From the NCBI GenBank assembly GCA_964035545.1, contig OZ037766.1:10778722-10842721 (forward strand): a DNA stretch of 64,000 nucleotides. Reading direction: 5' to 3'. Origin of the DNA: Bugula neritina. Lineage: Eukaryota > Animalia > Bryozoa. The notes below the pieces were generated by a model that saw only the letters and a program-made list of their open reading frames with translations, had not been told where the DNA came from and did no database searches. Every line of letters begins with the position of its first letter. The first letter of the stretch is position 1. Shown piece by piece: positions 62,101 to 64,000 of the stretch. The position numbers and the translations under genes are program-made.

Positions 62101-63771
62101 AATCATTAAAGCATCTTCTCTCCACGGTGTCTGTAGGACTTCACCGTAACATTGCAGCTCTGGATAAACTAAAGAAACAAACATCACAGGTAAGGGTGTG
62201 TTATTGCTCAAAGTTTGCAGAAAAAATATTGTTGTTCAATTCAAAACTTTTTGTTACTTCATTTTCATTACTTTCAACAGTAAACAGCTTTTATAAGACT
62301 GCTTTTTGCAAAGGTTTTAGATTTGTCTTCTTTATTATGAAACTTCAAAATTTAGAAGCATGATATATCAATAAATTTAATAATTAAATAAACCATCCAT
62401 ATGCATTAAACTGGTATTCATATTTGATTAAACACTATAACTAACAATCAATTTGAACATCTGGCCGTTATTTAATTTTACTTTGAATGTGTGATGAAAC
62501 TTTAAAGCAAGTCTGTAGTATAGCATCACAATTTTTTTCTCAAAGTGATGATTGTTTTAAGAAGCAAGATTGGCTCTCATTTTGTAGTATATGATGTAAT
62601 TATTTTCTGACTACTTGATTAACTTTAAAACTTTAAGCAGTATGACTTTTGTGTCTCAAGCTGAATGAATTTTGTAGTTTCACATACAGTATAATACTTC
62701 AATTTGAATAGTTGCTACTTTTGAAATGTTTGAACGTAGAAGAGAAATAACTGCACAATATTTTTATAATACAACAAGCCCCGCAATGACTACTTTAAGT
62801 AGATGGGTTTTTCTGTAGGAGTTACATAATGCCGAGATGGCATACAGAACCAAAGAAACGCCACCAGGACTTCAATACGAAAACACTGCTCCTAACCAAT
62901 ACTTTCACGATCTGATGATGTCATTTGACGAGAGAATGGCTTTGTATAGGAAGCTGATAGAAGATACTGAAGGTTATATAGTTGGGGCACAGCAACGGGG
63001 TGCCGTTTCTCCGAAAGGTCTGTTGAATATACTTGACCTTGGGTACTAAAAGGGTTGATCACAGACCTATTATGTTGAAACACTGCTAATTCAGGCAAAA
63101 TATTTTATTACAAGGTATAGGTTTATTTTCTAGATATTAAAACTTGAAACATCTTCTTAGATTTTGACAAAAACGAGTTTAAAATTTGTCAATTAGCCTT
63201 TCTAAAAGTATAAAGAAGCTACTACTGCTACTGCTACTATTACTAATACTGCTACTATTACTAATACTGCAACTACTACTAATACTGCTACTATTACTAC
63301 TATTATGGCTAAAAAATTCAATTTTGCTCCAATAACATTGGTAAAATTTGAAATGTTTTAAATACAATTATTAACAAGCACCAATACCAACCGTACTATA
63401 ACAGTTGTCTAATTATTTTGTTCTATATAATCAACTAGCCAGACACAGTTTATTCTTGTAATTTATTTCCTAAGGTTTATTATATAATACTATAACTGTG
63501 TAGATTGTAGTTAAAGCTGGTGTGTTGACTGTATCTATTTAGGTGACCTTGAGTGCCAGCATTTTAGCTGCATTTATGTCAAGTCTATAGTTTGTTTACA
63601 AATATATAATGTTTAAAATATATTTGTTTACAGTATGTATATTAGCCATATATTACAAAGACATGATGAATTTGCTTTTTTCATTTAGATATTTTCACTT
63701 GCTTGAAGAAATTACACGAAACTTTCATAGCTCTAGCAGCTCAGCTGCATGGCATTCACGAACAGGTGAAG
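59126..63771 (+). CDS. NUP58: Nucleoporin Nup58/p45 (NUPL1), first 7 coding exons; gene continues beyond the window
   Basis: Exons 59126-59177, 60722-60775, 60955-61498, 61835-61900, 62015-62189, 62819-63017, 63689-63771. FG/LGG T-S-rich N-terminus, then KGLGGVD, KYVKEQK, LDKLKKQTSQELHNAEMAYRTKETPPGLQYENTAPNQYF and HETFIALAAQLHGIHEQVK, matching the Nup58 coiled-coil region. Confidence 0.92.
59737..59927 (+). mobile_element. tRNA-derived SINE copy (MetaSINE-like body)
   Basis: GGGGCAGCCGTGGT (A-box start), GGTTCGAACCC (B box), TAGTGATGTTAGGAAGAGCATCCAGTC, and a 3' region shared with three other copies in the window. Confidence 0.72.
63215..63305. repeat. (CTA/TTA)n-type trinucleotide tract in a Nup58 intron
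   Basis: GCTACTACTGCTACTGCTACTATTACTAATACT..., in a single orientation. Confidence 0.8.
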
Positions 63772-64000
63772 GTAGGAACGTTTGTCAAAATACTTTACTT
63801 TATTCCTTGCTTTTGCTAAAACTTATTAATTGCCTTGGCAATAACAAACATTCACTCGAAATTTTGAGCAGTTACACAATTTTTTTGAAAAAGGGCAGTA
63901 AGCTTTAAGCTGATACAGGTTCCAAAAATTTTTAAAACATTTCATCAGAATGAATGGGAACTAATGGGTCACAATTCATTATGATAATTGACAATGTTTA

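Noticed and set aside
63215-63305. Trinucleotide tract as another promoter-associated flipping tract
   Set aside because: Single orientation (no TAG/TAC alternation) and in an internal intron. Treated as an ordinary slippage microsatellite, and noted as a partial counter-example to promoter restriction.

Overview
AT-rich, intron-rich metazoan (invertebrate-like) genomic DNA; the species cannot be fixed from the sequence. I assembled seven spliced genes by hand from reading frames and splice sites: an unrecognised type-I membrane protein (-), acyl-protein thioesterase LYPLA1/2 (-), calpain-7 (+), a 12-Cys LYPD6-like three-finger protein (-), an SCP2-type peroxisomal thiolase with no SCP2 domain that ends in SKL (+), SRSF1 (-) and Nup58 (+, runs off the window end). 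An intact Ty3/Gypsy-type LTR retrotransposon (identical 404-bp LTRs, 5-bp TSD) sits in thiolase intron 2. An intact CR1-clade LINE is inserted into an older copy of its own family, which also carries two MITEs, between the divergent SRSF1 and Nup58 genes. There are also tRNA-derived SINEs, small MITEs and an RTE remnant. Most unusual observations: (i) the LTR element has no canonical TGG primer-binding site; the 12 nt after the LTR are complementary to the 5' end (nt 1-12) of tRNA-Phe; (ii) its LTR is bracketed by splice signals; (iii) strand-flipping TAG/TAC-type tracts cluster near gene starts; (iv) the SRSF1 3' UTR has candidate GGA-rich poison-splicing exons. All gene models are manual and lack transcript confirmation.
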